In this document: piece after piece, positions 18,916 to 29,260 of the stretch | How positions within the stretch are numbered: the first letter of the stretch is position 1 | How the letters are laid out: each line of letters starts with the position of its first letter | Made by a program: the position numbers and the translations under genes | The notes under the pieces: model-generated | The model's database searches: none | What the model was told of the DNA's origin: nothing | What the model saw: the letters and a program-made list of their open reading frames with translations, nothing else | Source of the DNA: an uncultured Gemmatimonadales bacterium | Lineage (GTDB): Bacteria > Gemmatimonadota > Gemmatimonadetes > Gemmatimonadales > GWC2-71-9 | DNA: 64,000 bases | Direction of reading: 5' to 3' | Assembly (NCBI GenBank): GCA_963842945.1 | Contig: CAWJIM010000019.1 | Span: 96,001-160,000 of the forward strand

Positions 18916-20475
18916 GTGAGACTGCTCAGCCGATACCTCCTGCGGCAGCTCGCTGCGCCGTTCGTCTTTGCCCTGGCGGCCCAGACCAGCCTGATGCTGC
19001 TGAGCCAGATCGCGAAGAAGTTCGGCGCCTTGGTCGGCAAAGGCCTGCCCTGGACCGTGATCGGGGAAGTGTTTGCCCTCAGTCTTCCCTTCATCATTGC
19101 CATGACCTTGCCCATGGCAGTGCTTCTGGCTGTGTTGTACACCTTCAGCCATCTCGCGGCCGATAACGAGATCACCGCCATGCGAGCCAGCGGCATCAGC
19201 GCCTACCAGGTGCTCAAGCCGGTTCTGATCTGGGGCGCCTGCATGGCCGCATTCAACTTTGTCTTCGTGGATCAGGTTCTCCCCCGAAGCAACGCCCGGC
19301 TCCGGGCCCTGCTGATCGATATCGGCCGGAAAAAGCCCACCTTCGAGCTTCGAGAACAGGTCATCAACGAGGTGCCGCCGTCGCAGTACTTCCTCCGGGC
19401 GAGCCGCATCGATGCTGCCACCGGGAAGTTGCGCGGGGTGACCATCTACGATGTGGGCGGAGAGGCCAGCCGGCGGATCATTTACGCCGACAGCGGCTCC
19501 ATGGCATATGCCGAAGGCCAGACCGACCTCAGCCTTCGGCTCTACGATGGAGCGATCCACCAGTACCGCCCGGCTGAGCCTACCCGTTTTCAGCTGACGT
19601 ACTTCTCGGTGAACGACATTCGGGTCAAGAACGTGTACGACCAGCTGCAGCGGAACACCAGCGAGTCTATCCGGGGAGACCGCGAGATGAGCACCTGCGA
19701 GATGCTCGAGGTCATCCGCGATGCGAGACAGCAGCAGGAGGAAGCCCGGGAGGAACGTTCCCTGCTGGCGGTCAACGATCTCCGGCTTCTCCTCAATCTG
19801 CCCCGAGTCGAGGCTACTCCGGTTCGGCCGCCGAAGGCCCAGGCCGCCTACTGCGGTTGGCTCAAGTCTTTCCAGAATCTCATTCTCCCCAAGACGGCCA
19901 AAGCCCAGTCCAGTGCACAGCAGCCTGCTCCTGCAGCCCGATCCAAGGGACGACGGGCAGCGGCTCCCGTCCAGTCCAAAGCGCAGGCGGCACCGGCTCC
20001 TCCGAAGCCCGCGCTCCGCCCTCCTTCCCGGCCCAGGGTCAAGCTGTCCAGCTGGTCCGAGGTGACGTCGGCTGCCGATCGGGTGCGGGAGGCGGACCGG
20101 CGGGCCGACCGCTACGCGGTCGAGGTCCACAAGAAGTGGGCGATCAGTCTGGCCTGCATTTCCTTTGTGATTGTTGGAATAGTGATGGCGCTACGCTTTC
20201 CCCGGGCAGGAATCGGACTGGTGATCGGCGGGGGGCTGGCGGTCTTCTCGATTCACTACGTGGGTCTTACCGCGGGCGAAAGCCTGGCCGACCGCGGGCT
20301 GGTATCGCCCTGGCTGGCAATGTGGACACCCAACATCGTGCTGACCGTGGTAGGGATCCTGGGGCTGGTGCGGGTCAGCCGCGAATCCGGCAGCACCCGA
20401 GGTGGCGACTTCCAGGAGATCCTGGATGGACTCCGTCACCTCCTGCGCCGAATTCGGGGAGCGGTTGTCCGATGA
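18916..20475 (+). CDS. lptF: LptF/LptG-family LPS export permease (LptF-like, with a Pro/Ala-rich insert)
   Basis: LSRYLLRQ, LPMAVLLAVL, DNEITAMRASGIS, VEVHKKWAI, AMWTPN. Confidence 0.85.
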   Translation: MRLLSRYLLRQLAAPFVFALAAQTSLMLLSQIAKKFGALVGKGLPWTVIGEVFALSLPFIIAMTLPMAVLLAVLYTFSHLAADNEITAMRASGISAYQVLKPVLIWGACMAAFNFVFVDQVLPRSNARLRALLIDIGRKKPTFELREQVINEVPPSQYFLRASRIDAATGKLRGVTIYDVGGEASRRIIYADSGSMAYAEGQTDLSLRLYDGAIHQYRPAEPTRFQLTYFSVNDIRVKNVYDQLQRNTSESIRGDREMSTCEMLEVIRDARQQQEEAREERSLLAVNDLRLLLNLPRVEATPVRPPKAQAAYCGWLKSFQNLILPKTAKAQSSAQQPAPAARSKGRRAAAPVQSKAQAAPAPPKPALRPPSRPRVKLSSWSEVTSAADRVREADRRADRYAVEVHKKWAISLACISFVIVGIVMALRFPRAGIGLVIGGGLAVFSIHYVGLTAGESLADRGLVSPWLAMWTPNIVLTVVGILGLVRVSRESGSTRGGDFQEILDGLRHLLRRIRGAVVR

Positions 20476-21593
20476 AGGCCTGGCTGGCGCGGCTCCGGCG
20501 GTTTCGGCCCACGGGTCTGCGCCATCTCGACCGATACGTGCTCCAAAGCTGGATCCGGATCTTTATCCTGACCGCGCTCGGATTCCCGCTGGTCTCGATC
20601 GTCATCAACTTGACCGACACCCTGAACCGATTGCTGGACCGCGGTCTCACCATGAAGGAGATCGTCGTCAGCTACATCTACTCCATCCCGGAGAACGCGT
20701 TCATCGTGATGCCGGCGGCGGTGCTCTTTGCCACCGTGTTCACGGTCGGCGCGATGGGGCGGCACTCGGAGCTTACGGCGGCCAAGGCGGGAGGCCAGAG
20801 CTTCCACCGGTTGATGCGGCCCATCTTCATTGCCGCCGCCGCGGCGTCAGTCCTGGCCTTTGTGGTGGGTGAGCTGGCGCCGGGCGCCACTGCGCGCCAG
20901 CTCGAGATTCAGAAGGCCAAGCAGGCCAGGCCGACGCGCACCCGCTTCAATTTCGTGTACCGGGGAGACCAGGGCTGGGTATATACCATCCGCTCGCTCG
21001 ACGTGGCCAACCGTCAGCTCAAGCAGCTCATGCTGGAGCGGCAGGGCACCGGTCTCAATTACCCCGGCCTGGTTCTGACGGCGGACAGCGCCACGTACGA
21101 TGACTCGCTCAAGATCTGGCGATTGCGGCGCGGAGCCAGCCGGATCATAGCGGGGCCCGCGAGACAGGCCACGTTCAACTTCCGCACGATGCGGCTTCGG
21201 GCCCTGCGCCAGGCCCCTACCGACCTGCTGGCGGAGTCCAAGGCGCCGGATGAGATGCGATATGCCGAGCTGGGCCGGTACATCGACGCGCTGAAGCGGT
21301 CGGGAAATGACGCCAACAAGCTGATCGTGGAGCAGGCCCTGAAACTGGCGCTGCCCGCCACCTGCCTGATCATCGCGCTCTTCGGTGCTCCGCTGGCAGT
21401 CACCTCGCCCCGCGCCGGAGCCGCCGTTGGCGTGGCCATCAGCCTCGGCACGACGGTGATTTTCCTCTTGTTTGTCCAGATCACCAAGGCTATTGGCGCC
21501 GGCGGAGTAATCGATCCGACCGTGGCGGCATGGATTCCCAACGTGGTGTTTCTGTTTGCGGGATTGGTGCTGCTGGCGCGAGTGAGGACGTGA
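20472..21593 (+). CDS. lptG: LptF/LptG-family LPS export permease (LptG-like)
   Basis: LDRYVL, HSELTAAKAGG, PDEMRYAEL, KLALP, AAWIPN; ATG overlaps the lptF stop (ATGA). Confidence 0.85.
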   Translation: MKAWLARLRRFRPTGLRHLDRYVLQSWIRIFILTALGFPLVSIVINLTDTLNRLLDRGLTMKEIVVSYIYSIPENAFIVMPAAVLFATVFTVGAMGRHSELTAAKAGGQSFHRLMRPIFIAAAAASVLAFVVGELAPGATARQLEIQKAKQARPTRTRFNFVYRGDQGWVYTIRSLDVANRQLKQLMLERQGTGLNYPGLVLTADSATYDDSLKIWRLRRGASRIIAGPARQATFNFRTMRLRALRQAPTDLLAESKAPDEMRYAELGRYIDALKRSGNDANKLIVEQALKLALPATCLIIALFGAPLAVTSPRAGAAVGVAISLGTTVIFLLFVQITKAIGAGGVIDPTVAAWIPNVVFLFAGLVLLARVRT

Positions 21594-22207
21594 GGGCAGC
21601 GGGGCAGCGGGGCAGCGGGGCAAGGCAGCGAAGCAGCGAAGCGGCACGAAGCGGGGCAGGACTCAGCCACTTAATACTCTGCTGCGTAAACTCATGCCCA
21701 TGTCACCGCCACCGACCGATATAGGCCCCAGGTCAGTCGACCAGCGTGATCTCTAGAGCTTCGATCTCGCCCCATTCTTCGGCCTTGAGATAGGTCAAGA
21801 TCTCGAGCCAGCAGCAGGATATAGGACAACTTCGGATATCGAACCGAGCGAGATATCGAGAAAGCGGCGGAATTCAGCGCTTCCTCGCTTTGCCGACTCC
21901 TTCCGGCGATGTTGGCTGCGGTGGAATACGCCGCCCGCCGAGCTTGAGCTATAAGACCATACTCCTCGTGACGAGGCCAGGCTCGAGAGACTTGGTACAC
22001 TTCGATGCGCTCAAACTCGTGGCAGGCCGACCAGGACTTCAGCTTTCATGTCTTCTATTCGGCCCGCTTGCGTCGCCGAATACGACGCCGCTGCATGTAG
22101 CAAGTTCAGAGGCTCTGCAGCCAGCCATCTCACCATTTGCTCGCCGGCAGGATCGGTCGCACAGTTTCACCTGCCCCGCCTCCCCGCTGCCCCGCTGCCC
22201 CGCACGT
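21588..22207. repeat. Inverted GGGGCAGC tandem arms enclosing a four-helix-bundle gene
   Basis: Left arm 21592-21660 (GGGGCAGC)n; right arm 22170-22203 (GCTGCCCC)n; outer ACGTG (21588) / CACGT (22203-22207). Confidence 0.85.
21692..22060 (-). CDS. Four-helix-bundle protein (23S rRNA IVS protein / Avd-like family); several indels, start approximate
   Basis: Reconstructed across frames: LKSW.ACHE...VYQVSRAWPRHEEYGLIAQARRAAYSTAANIA(E)G..KRG..EFRRFLDISLGS.SELSYILLLARDL.YL...GRLTWGL. Confidence 0.8.
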
Positions 22208-22217
22208 ATATTTGATC

Positions 22218-23718
22218 ATGTCGACCCCCCTCCCCGTCATCGTCGGCACCGGCATTGCCGGCCTCTGGACGGCTTGGCGGCTCGCCTCCGAGGGCGGCTC
22301 CGCCGTTCTCATTACTAAGGAAACTCTGGTTGACAGCGCCAGCGCCTGGGCCCAGGGCGGCATCGCCGTTGCCCTGGGACCGGGGGACAGCCCGGGGCAG
22401 CACGCGGCCGACACCCTGGCCGCCAGCGATGGCCTGGCCGACCCCGAAGCAGTCCGGATTCTCACCAACGAGGGGCCCGACCGGATCTACGAGCTGCTGG
22501 AGCTGGGAGCCAAGTTCGACCGGGGGCCGGACGGCAGGCTCCGATTAGGCCTGGAAGCGGCCCACACTAGACCCAGGATCATCCATGCGGGGGGAGACCG
22601 AACCGGCGCCGCCCTCATCAGCTGTCTGGCACAGGTGATCAGGGATCATCCCGAAATCGAGATCCTGGAGCACACCGAGGTCACCGGCCTGGTCAATCAG
22701 AAGGGCCATATCGTTGGCGTCACGCTGATCCGGCAAGGCGGCCCAGCCGAGATACTGCCGGCATCGGCAGTCATTCTCGCGACCGGTGGAGTGGGCCAGC
22801 TGTATGAGGTCACCACCAATCCCCGGGTGGCGACGGCCGACGGCTGGGCTCTGGCCCACAAAATCGGCGCCCAGCTCCGCGACATCGAATTCCTTCAGTT
22901 TCATCCCACTGCGCTGAAGATCCCCGGTCTCAATCCAGCTCCCCTCATCTCCGAGGCCGTCCGCGGCGCCGGAGCCGTACTGCTGAACAAGGCCGGCCAC
23001 CGGTTTTCACTGGACTTCGACAGTCGCGGCGAGCTCGCTCCCCGGGATATCGTAGCTCGCGCCGTGGCCGCAGCCGACGCCAGCTGGGGGTGCCTGGCTC
23101 GACGCGCGGGAAATTCCAGACTTTCCTACCCAGTTCCCCGGAATCACCGCGATGCTCGCGCGGCACGGTCTCGATCCCAGGACCGACCTCCTGCCGGTGG
23201 CGCCCGCCCTGCACTACGCCATGGGGGGCATCCAGACGGACCTCAAGGGGCGAACCACCAGGCCCGGCCTCTGGGCAGTAGGGGAAGTTGCCCGCACCGG
23301 CGTGCATGGCGCCAACCGCCTGGCTTCCAATTCACTCCTGGAGGGTCTGGTCTTCGCCGACCGGGCCGGCCGATCCGTCGCCGAGAAGTCGAGGAGCAAG
23401 ACGGGAGCGAATCTCTCCGGTGGGGACATCGGGATCGAGGAGACAGGAGCAGACCTGCAGTACGAGGCCACCCGCGAGCAGATGCGTCATCTGATGACGG
23501 CCAATGTCGGGCTGCAGCGGAGCGAGACGTCCCTGCTCCAGGCCGAGCAGGAGCTCGAGCGACTTACCAGCACCACGCCGGTGGAGGCCTGGCGCACGAG
23601 AAACCAGCTGCTCGTGGCAGGACTCATCACCCAGGCAGCGCGCCGCAGACGAGAAAGCCGGGGAGGCCACCGCCGCACCGACTATCCGCCTGACTCGCTC
23701 AAGCGCGAGGCCGTCTGA
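22218..23718 (+). CDS. nadB: L-aspartate oxidase; frameshift near 23085
   Basis: VGTGIAG, SAWAQGGIA, EAAH..PRIIHAGGD.TG, QFHPT, LISEAVRG, ELAPRDIVARA, HYAMGG, TGVHGANRLASNSLLE, ESRGGHRR. Confidence 0.93.
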
Positions 23719-24728
23719 TGGCGGCCTCCACCAATGGCGGCCTTTCGCTCCCGGTCATCGAGTCTCCCCAGGAAACGCCGGAGCAGATCGCTGAGCTGCA
23801 GGCGGAAATCCGCCGGCTGGCCCGGGCCAGAAACGCGGTGGTGCTCGCGCACAATTACCAGCGCCCCGAAATCCAGGATGTGGCCGACTACGTGGGCGAC
23901 TCATTGGGTCTGTCCCGTCAGGCGGCAGCCACCCAGGCCAACGTCATCATCTTCTGCGGTGTCCACTTCATGGCGGAGACCGCGGCCATTCTCTCTCCCC
24001 AGAAGCGGGTTCTGCTGCCCGACCTGCGGGCGGGGTGCTCCCTCGCGGCGACCATTACGGCTGATGATGTTCGGAGCTGGAAGGCTCAGTTTCCCGGCTA
24101 CATCGCGGTGGGCTACGTCAACACCACGGCCGAAGTGAAAGCCGAGCTGGACTACTGCTGCACCAGCGGCAACGTGCTCGACGTGATCGACGCCATTCCG
24201 GAAGACAAGGGGATTCTCTTCCTGCCCGACTTCTTCCTCGGCAGTCACGTCCGGCGGATGCGGCCGGACCGGCGGATCGAGGTCTGGATGGGAGAGTGTC
24301 ACGTCCACAAGGGTATTCGCCCCGACGTACTGAATCAGGCGCGGGCCGATTATCCCGAGGCAGAGGTGCTGGTTCACCCGGAGTGCGGGTGCGCCGGTCA
24401 GCTCATCTACAGCATGGGTCTGGGCGACATCAGCCCCGAAGGACTGCACATCACCTCGACCGAGGGGATGATTCGAAAGGTCACCGAGCGTCCGGCCACC
24501 ACATTTATCGTGGCCACCGAGACCGGGATCATGCACCGGATGCAGCAGGTTGCGCCCAACAAGCAGTTCATCCCGGCGGATCCTGAGGCGGTGTGCGCAT
24601 TCATGAAGACGATCACCCTTCCCGAGGTCCGCAATTCACTCGCCCTCGATCGATATCACATCACCGTACCTTCCGACATAGCTGCCCGAGCTCGCCGAGC
24701 CATCGATCGCATGGTGGCGCTGGGATAA
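23718..24728 (+). CDS. nadA: Quinolinate synthase
   Basis: LAHNYQ, GDSL, FCGVHFMAE, AGCSLA, YVNT, CTSGN, CHVH, HPEC, CAFMK. Confidence 0.95.
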   Translation: MAASTNGGLSLPVIESPQETPEQIAELQAEIRRLARARNAVVLAHNYQRPEIQDVADYVGDSLGLSRQAAATQANVIIFCGVHFMAETAAILSPQKRVLLPDLRAGCSLAATITADDVRSWKAQFPGYIAVGYVNTTAEVKAELDYCCTSGNVLDVIDAIPEDKGILFLPDFFLGSHVRRMRPDRRIEVWMGECHVHKGIRPDVLNQARADYPEAEVLVHPECGCAGQLIYSMGLGDISPEGLHITSTEGMIRKVTERPATTFIVATETGIMHRMQQVAPNKQFIPADPEAVCAFMKTITLPEVRNSLALDRYHITVPSDIAARARRAIDRMVALG

Positions 24729-24738
24729 CGGCAGAGTC

Positions 24739-25582
24739 TTGGCGCCCCAATCGGCAATAGATCAGATCGCCGCTCTCGCGCTGGAAGAGGACGGCGTCCG
24801 CGACATCACCTCCGAGCTTACCGTTTCACCGGCGCTCAAGGGTTTTGGTGTGATCGAGTTTCGGAGTGGAGGTTTACTCGCGGGCACGGAATACGCCACC
24901 GCCGTGGCCCGGGCCTGCGGCTGCGCCATCGAGTGGAACGTTGGAGACGGCGACGTGGTTCGGCCTGGATCGACGATCGGCCTGGTGAGTGGCGAACTCC
25001 GCGGTATTCTCCGGGCCGAACGTCCGCTGCTGAATCTGCTGCAGCGCGCCTCCGGTATTGCCGATGCCACCCGGGGCTTTGTGGATGCGATCCAGGGCAC
25101 GAGCTGCCGAGTCCTCCACACCCGGAAGACTGCACCCGGGCTTCGAGCGTTGGACATTGACGCGGTGCTGGCGGGAGGGGGACAGCGTCACCGGGCAGAC
25201 CTGGCCCACGAGCTGATGCTGAAAGACAATCACTGGCAGGCCCTGGCCCGCGAAGGGACCACGCTGGCTCAGGTGCTCGCGCGAGCCGGGGCCGAGGGAG
25301 TGACCGCCATGTATGTCGAGGTGGAATCGGTCGAGCAGCTGGAGACCGCGTGTCGGGCCGGCGCTACCCGATTGCTGGTGGATAATCAGACGCCGGGCAC
25401 GCTGCAGGCCTGGGCCAGGCTGGCGCGGGAGCGATCGCCGGGAATCGAGATCGAAGCGACCGGAGGAATTACCCTGGAGAACGCGCGCGGCCTACGCGGA
25501 AGCCGGCGCGGACTTCATCTCGGTAGGAGCCCTCACCCACAGTGTGAAGGCGGCGGACATCGCCGTCGAGATCAAATTTTAG
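24739..25582 (+). CDS. nadC: Nicotinate-nucleotide pyrophosphorylase (carboxylating); frameshift near 25490
   Basis: ALEED...DIT, ER.LLNLLQRASGIA, TRKTAPG, HR, KDNH, VEVE, LVDN, EATGGIT, then ISVGALTHS in the shifted frame. Confidence 0.92.
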
Positions 25583-25643
25583 TACTTGGCCGCATGCACC
25601 GCTCCGCGGGTATCCGACGGAGGTGAACGCAATCAGAACAGCT

Positions 25644-25865
25644 TAGCCACGGATGAACGCGGATAACTGCAGGGATCGTTCCCTATACCCAACAGTTCCC
25701 TGCTTTGAACTCTAAGATCAGCACTTTGGTCAAAGGCACACGGTTAAGTCTTAATGTGGGAAGTCTGTCAGGGAGCTGTTCTGGCCGGGGAGCGATCCGT
25801 GTTGTTATCTGTGTCCATCTGTGGCAGACGTTGTATCTGCGTTCATCTGCGTTCATCGGCGGCAA
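25644..25865. repeat. Gene-less inverted repeat cassette, ~10-mer ATCTGCGTTC type
   Basis: Left arm GCCACGGATGAACGCGGATAAC (25646-25667); right arm GTTATCTGTGTCCATCTGTGGC and ATCTGCGTTCATCTGCGTTCATCGGCGGC; AT-rich spacer of about 120 nt. Confidence 0.75.
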
Positions 25866-27237
25866 AATTCTTTTCCAATGCCGGCCCCGCTTCCAATGAC
25901 CCTCGGCTTCTCCTCCACCAGGCCCACGCCAGATACGCCGGAATGCCGGCGAGAATGATTGCGAAGGTAATGCCGGTGTTTACCGGGTCGGTCCAGAGCG
26001 CGTTGATCACCATTGCCAGTGAGGCGAGAAGGAACAGCGCCGGAACCGCCGGATAGCCCCAGGTCCGATAGGGCCGGAGCAGATCGGGTCGGCTACGCCT
26101 CAGTACAAACACCGCCCCGACCGCGAGAGCATAGAAGGGCCAGATGCCCAGGATGAACTTGTCTGCCAGCTGCTGGAAGTCGTTGAGCAGGACATAGACC
26201 ACGCCGAGTGCCGTGGCCAGCCACACGGCAACCGAAGGGCTGTGGTATCGAGGGGAGACCCGGGCGATCGACTGAAAGAAGAGGCCGCGGTCTGCCATGG
26301 CAAAGAAGATCCGGGGTCCCGTCATCATCGATCCGATCAGGGTGCTGAAGCAGGAGACCATGACAACGGCGGAAATTGCCGCACCAGCGTACCGGCCGAG
26401 CAAGGGTATCTGCTCCGCTGCCGTCGCGGCGATCAGGGGAGAGCGCGCCATCTGATCCAGCGGCACGAGGTAGATATAGGCGAGGTTGAGCAGGAGATAG
26501 ATCAGCAGGATGCCGGATGTCCCAACGATCAGCGCCAGCGGCAGGGTGTGGCCCGGATTCCGGACCTCGCCCCCCACGAACGAGAGATCGGCCCAGCCAT
26601 CGTAGGTCCACATGATGGCGATCAGCGCCGTCGCGATCAGTGAAAGATTGATCCCGCTGCTCCAGGCCGGGGTGAAGTGCGCCGTGCTGCCCTGCCCCGC
26701 CGCGAACGCCAGGATCACCAAAACGGCGAGCGCTCCGTACTTGGCAACGGTGGCAAGATTCATCAGAACAGCTGCGCGATTTACCCCGAGATAGTTCAGG
26801 AGTCCCACCGCAATCACCGCTGCAGCGGCCACCCAGCGGACCTGCATCGGAGTCAGCGCAATGAATCGGCCGAGATACTCGGCGAAGATGGTAGCGATGG
26901 CTCCCAGGGCGGAGGCGCGGATCACGGTGAGCTCCGACCAGCCGAACAGGAACGCCGGCATCGGGCCGAACGCCTCCAGGATGTAGGCGAAGACACCTCC
27001 CGATCGCGGAAGGGCTCCCGCCAACTCAGCCAGAGTGAGGGCACCGAAGAGGGCGATGACCCCGCCGAGAACCCAGGCCAGAAGGACCGGCCCGGGCGAC
27101 TGGAGCCGCTCCGCGACGCTTGCGGGCACCCGGAAGATGCCACTTCCGATGGTCGAGCCGATGAGCACCGCGACGGCGCTCCACAAGCCCAGGTGGCGGG
27201 GTAGTCGTTCGCCCCAGGCGTCGCGTTCTGGAAGCAT
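25843..27237 (-). CDS. APC-family amino acid permease
   Basis: LGLWSAV...IGSGIF, AELAG..PRSGG, YDGW, GEVRNP..LP, PRIFFAMA, RPYRTWGYP; about 12 TM segments. Confidence 0.9.
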   Translation of the reverse strand: MLPERDAWGERLPRHLGLWSAVAVLIGSTIGSGIFRVPASVAERLQSPGPVLLAWVLGGVIALFGALTLAELAGALPRSGGVFAYILEAFGPMPAFLFGWSELTVIRASALGAIATIFAEYLGRFIALTPMQVRWVAAAAVIAVGLLNYLGVNRAAVLMNLATVAKYGALAVLVILAFAAGQGSTAHFTPAWSSGINLSLIATALIAIMWTYDGWADLSFVGGEVRNPGHTLPLALIVGTSGILLIYLLLNLAYIYLVPLDQMARSPLIAATAAEQIPLLGRYAGAAISAVVMVSCFSTLIGSMMTGPRIFFAMADRGLFFQSIARVSPRYHSPSVAVWLATALGVVYVLLNDFQQLADKFILGIWPFYALAVGAVFVLRRSRPDLLRPYRTWGYPAVPALFLLASLAMVINALWTDPVNTGITFAIILAGIPAYLAWAWWRRSRGSLEAGPALEKNFAADERR

Positions 27238-27303
27238 GGCCAAATATATGCCTCGCCAGCTATAATGGCTCACGTCACCATCTTGGAACGCTCAAAATCA
27301 GCG

Positions 27304-29190
27304 ATGAACGAAACACGACACAGGGACCCAGGGCTGCTCCGGCGGCTGGCATGGACGGGAGCAGCGCTGGCCTTCGGGCTCATCGTGCTTGGTGGGGTGG
27401 TCCGGATTACCGGCTCCGGAATGGGGTGCGGCGAGCACTGGCCCCGGTGCCACGGGGAGTGGTTCCCCCCGCTCGACCTGCCCACCATGATCGAGATCGG
27501 TCATCGCTGGGCCGCTGCGCTGGTCGGCCTGGTGGTGCTCGCGCTTACGACCGTCGCCTGGGTGCGCCATCGCAGTGAGCCGAGGCTGAGGACACCGGCG
27601 ACGCTGGCCTCGGGTCTCCTGGTGGTGCAGGTCCTCCTGGGGGCGGTAACGGTGAAACTGGCGCTGCCGCCCTGGGTCGTGATCACCCATCTGGCCAATG
27701 CCATGGCGCTGCTGGCCGTGCTCCTTGTAACGGCGCTCAGAGCGGGAGAGCCGAACCAGCCGGCGGTTCCGGCGACTCGCCATCGGCTCCAGAGGCTGGT
27801 GTGGACCACCGCGGGCCTCGGCTTTGTCGTGATTCTCTTCGGAGCCCAAGTCGCGAACTTCAGCGCTGGTTTGCTCTGCCTCGGCCTTCCGCTCTGCAAC
27901 GGAACGCTGCTGCCTCCGGCTGCCCCGTTAGCCGCCCTGCACTGGACCCACCGGGTTCTCGCCTTCCTCTTTCTCGGTCTGGTGCTGACCCTGACCATCC
28001 TGGTGCTGCGGGACCGGACCTCCGGCCCCGGCCTCCGGCGGTGGACCCTCGTGGCTGCCGGGGTGACCGGGCTCCAGCTCTGTGTGGGCGCCATCATGGT
28101 AACCCGCCTGCTTCCTCCGGAGCTTCGCGCCGCCCATTTGATGGTGGGTACGCTCCTTTGGGCGACTCTGGTGATACTGGTATTCCAGGCGAATCGAAGC
28201 CCCAGCGGCGTATTCGAGACGGGTAAGACCCACACCAGCCCGCCCGGCCTGCTGGCCGACCTGGTCACCCTAACCAAGCCACGGATCATCTCGCTGCTGC
28301 TGGTCACCACGGTGGCCCCGATGTTCATCACCCCGGCGGGGCTGCCCTCACTCTCGCAGGTCCTGTGGGTGCTGCTGGGCGGCTATCTGATGGCGGGCGG
28401 CGCGAACGCGATCAACATGTGGTTCGATCGGGATATCGACGACAAGATGAGCCGAACCCGGTTGCGTCCCATTCCAGCAGGCCGAATCTCTCCCTCGGCC
28501 GGCCTGGGCTTCGGGATCGGCCTGGGAGTGGTGGCTTTTGCCGTCCTCTGGTACAGGGTCAATTCGCTGAGCGCCTGGTTGGCGCTGGGTGGGCTCCTGT
28601 TCTACGTCTTCATCTACACCATCTGGCTCAAGCGCTCCAGTCCGCAGAACATCGTGATCGGCGGTGCGGCTGGCGCCTTTCCTCCGCTGGTGGGATGGAC
28701 CGCCATGACCGGAGAGCTGGACCTGGCAGCCATCTACCTGTTCGCGATCATCTTCTACTGGACCCCGCCACATTTCTGGGCCCTCGCGCTGATCAAGCAG
28801 GGTGAGTACGCCCGCGCAGGAGTGCCCATGCTGCCCGTGGTGCACGGCGAGCAGCGCACGAAGTTCGAGATGCTGGCGTACACCCTGATCCTGCTGCCAC
28901 TCACGCTCATGCCGGCATTCTTCGGCGCCCTGGGCTCCTTCTATGGTTTGGCGGCATTGCTTCTGGGGGCCAGGTTGCTGTGGTATTGCGTCCGGTTGTT
29001 GCGAGAGCATTCCTCGACGCCGGTTGCCTGGAAGATGTATCGCTATAGTCTGCTCTACCTCGCTTTATTGTTCGTGGCCATGGGAATAGACCGGGCCCTG
29101 CCCTTCGGTCACCGTCCTGCCAGAGTGTTCATCCTCAATCACCCCGAGCGGGTGCTCGCAACCCCCGCAGGCGGGCACCACGACCGCTAG
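27304..29190 (+). CDS. Fused heme A synthase (CtaA/COX15) and heme O synthase (CtaB/CyoE)
   Basis: N-half GSGMGCGEHWPRC, EIGHRW, HLA, CLGLPLCNG, HWTHR, HL; C-half LTKPRIISLLL, NMWFDRDID.KM.RT..RPIP, QNIVIGGAAG, WTPPHFWAL; one open frame. Confidence 0.92.
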   Translation: MNETRHRDPGLLRRLAWTGAALAFGLIVLGGVVRITGSGMGCGEHWPRCHGEWFPPLDLPTMIEIGHRWAAALVGLVVLALTTVAWVRHRSEPRLRTPATLASGLLVVQVLLGAVTVKLALPPWVVITHLANAMALLAVLLVTALRAGEPNQPAVPATRHRLQRLVWTTAGLGFVVILFGAQVANFSAGLLCLGLPLCNGTLLPPAAPLAALHWTHRVLAFLFLGLVLTLTILVLRDRTSGPGLRRWTLVAAGVTGLQLCVGAIMVTRLLPPELRAAHLMVGTLLWATLVILVFQANRSPSGVFETGKTHTSPPGLLADLVTLTKPRIISLLLVTTVAPMFITPAGLPSLSQVLWVLLGGYLMAGGANAINMWFDRDIDDKMSRTRLRPIPAGRISPSAGLGFGIGLGVVAFAVLWYRVNSLSAWLALGGLLFYVFIYTIWLKRSSPQNIVIGGAAGAFPPLVGWTAMTGELDLAAIYLFAIIFYWTPPHFWALALIKQGEYARAGVPMLPVVHGEQRTKFEMLAYTLILLPLTLMPAFFGALGSFYGLAALLLGARLLWYCVRLLREHSSTPVAWKMYRYSLLYLALLFVAMGIDRALPFGHRPARVFILNHPERVLATPAGGHHDR

Positions 29191-29260
29191 CGCTATCCCG
29201 CGGGTTCCGGCCCCCGGGCGGCTGGTCCGTCTCTGGCCCAGGGTCCGGCCGTATCGCCGG

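Noticed and set aside
19857..20471. N-terminal 205 aa of the 578-aa ORF as part of LptG
   Set aside because: Overlaps lptF in another frame; the ATG at 20472 overlapping the lptF stop gives a normal-length LptG.
21692..22060. Avd-like gene as evidence of a diversity-generating retroelement or a 23S rRNA intervening sequence
   Set aside because: No reverse transcriptase, TR/VR pair or rRNA sequence was seen near either four-helix-bundle gene.
25683..25865. 60-aa ORF beginning MPPMNADERR
   Set aside because: Translation of the ATCTGCGTTC repeat arm, not a credible gene.
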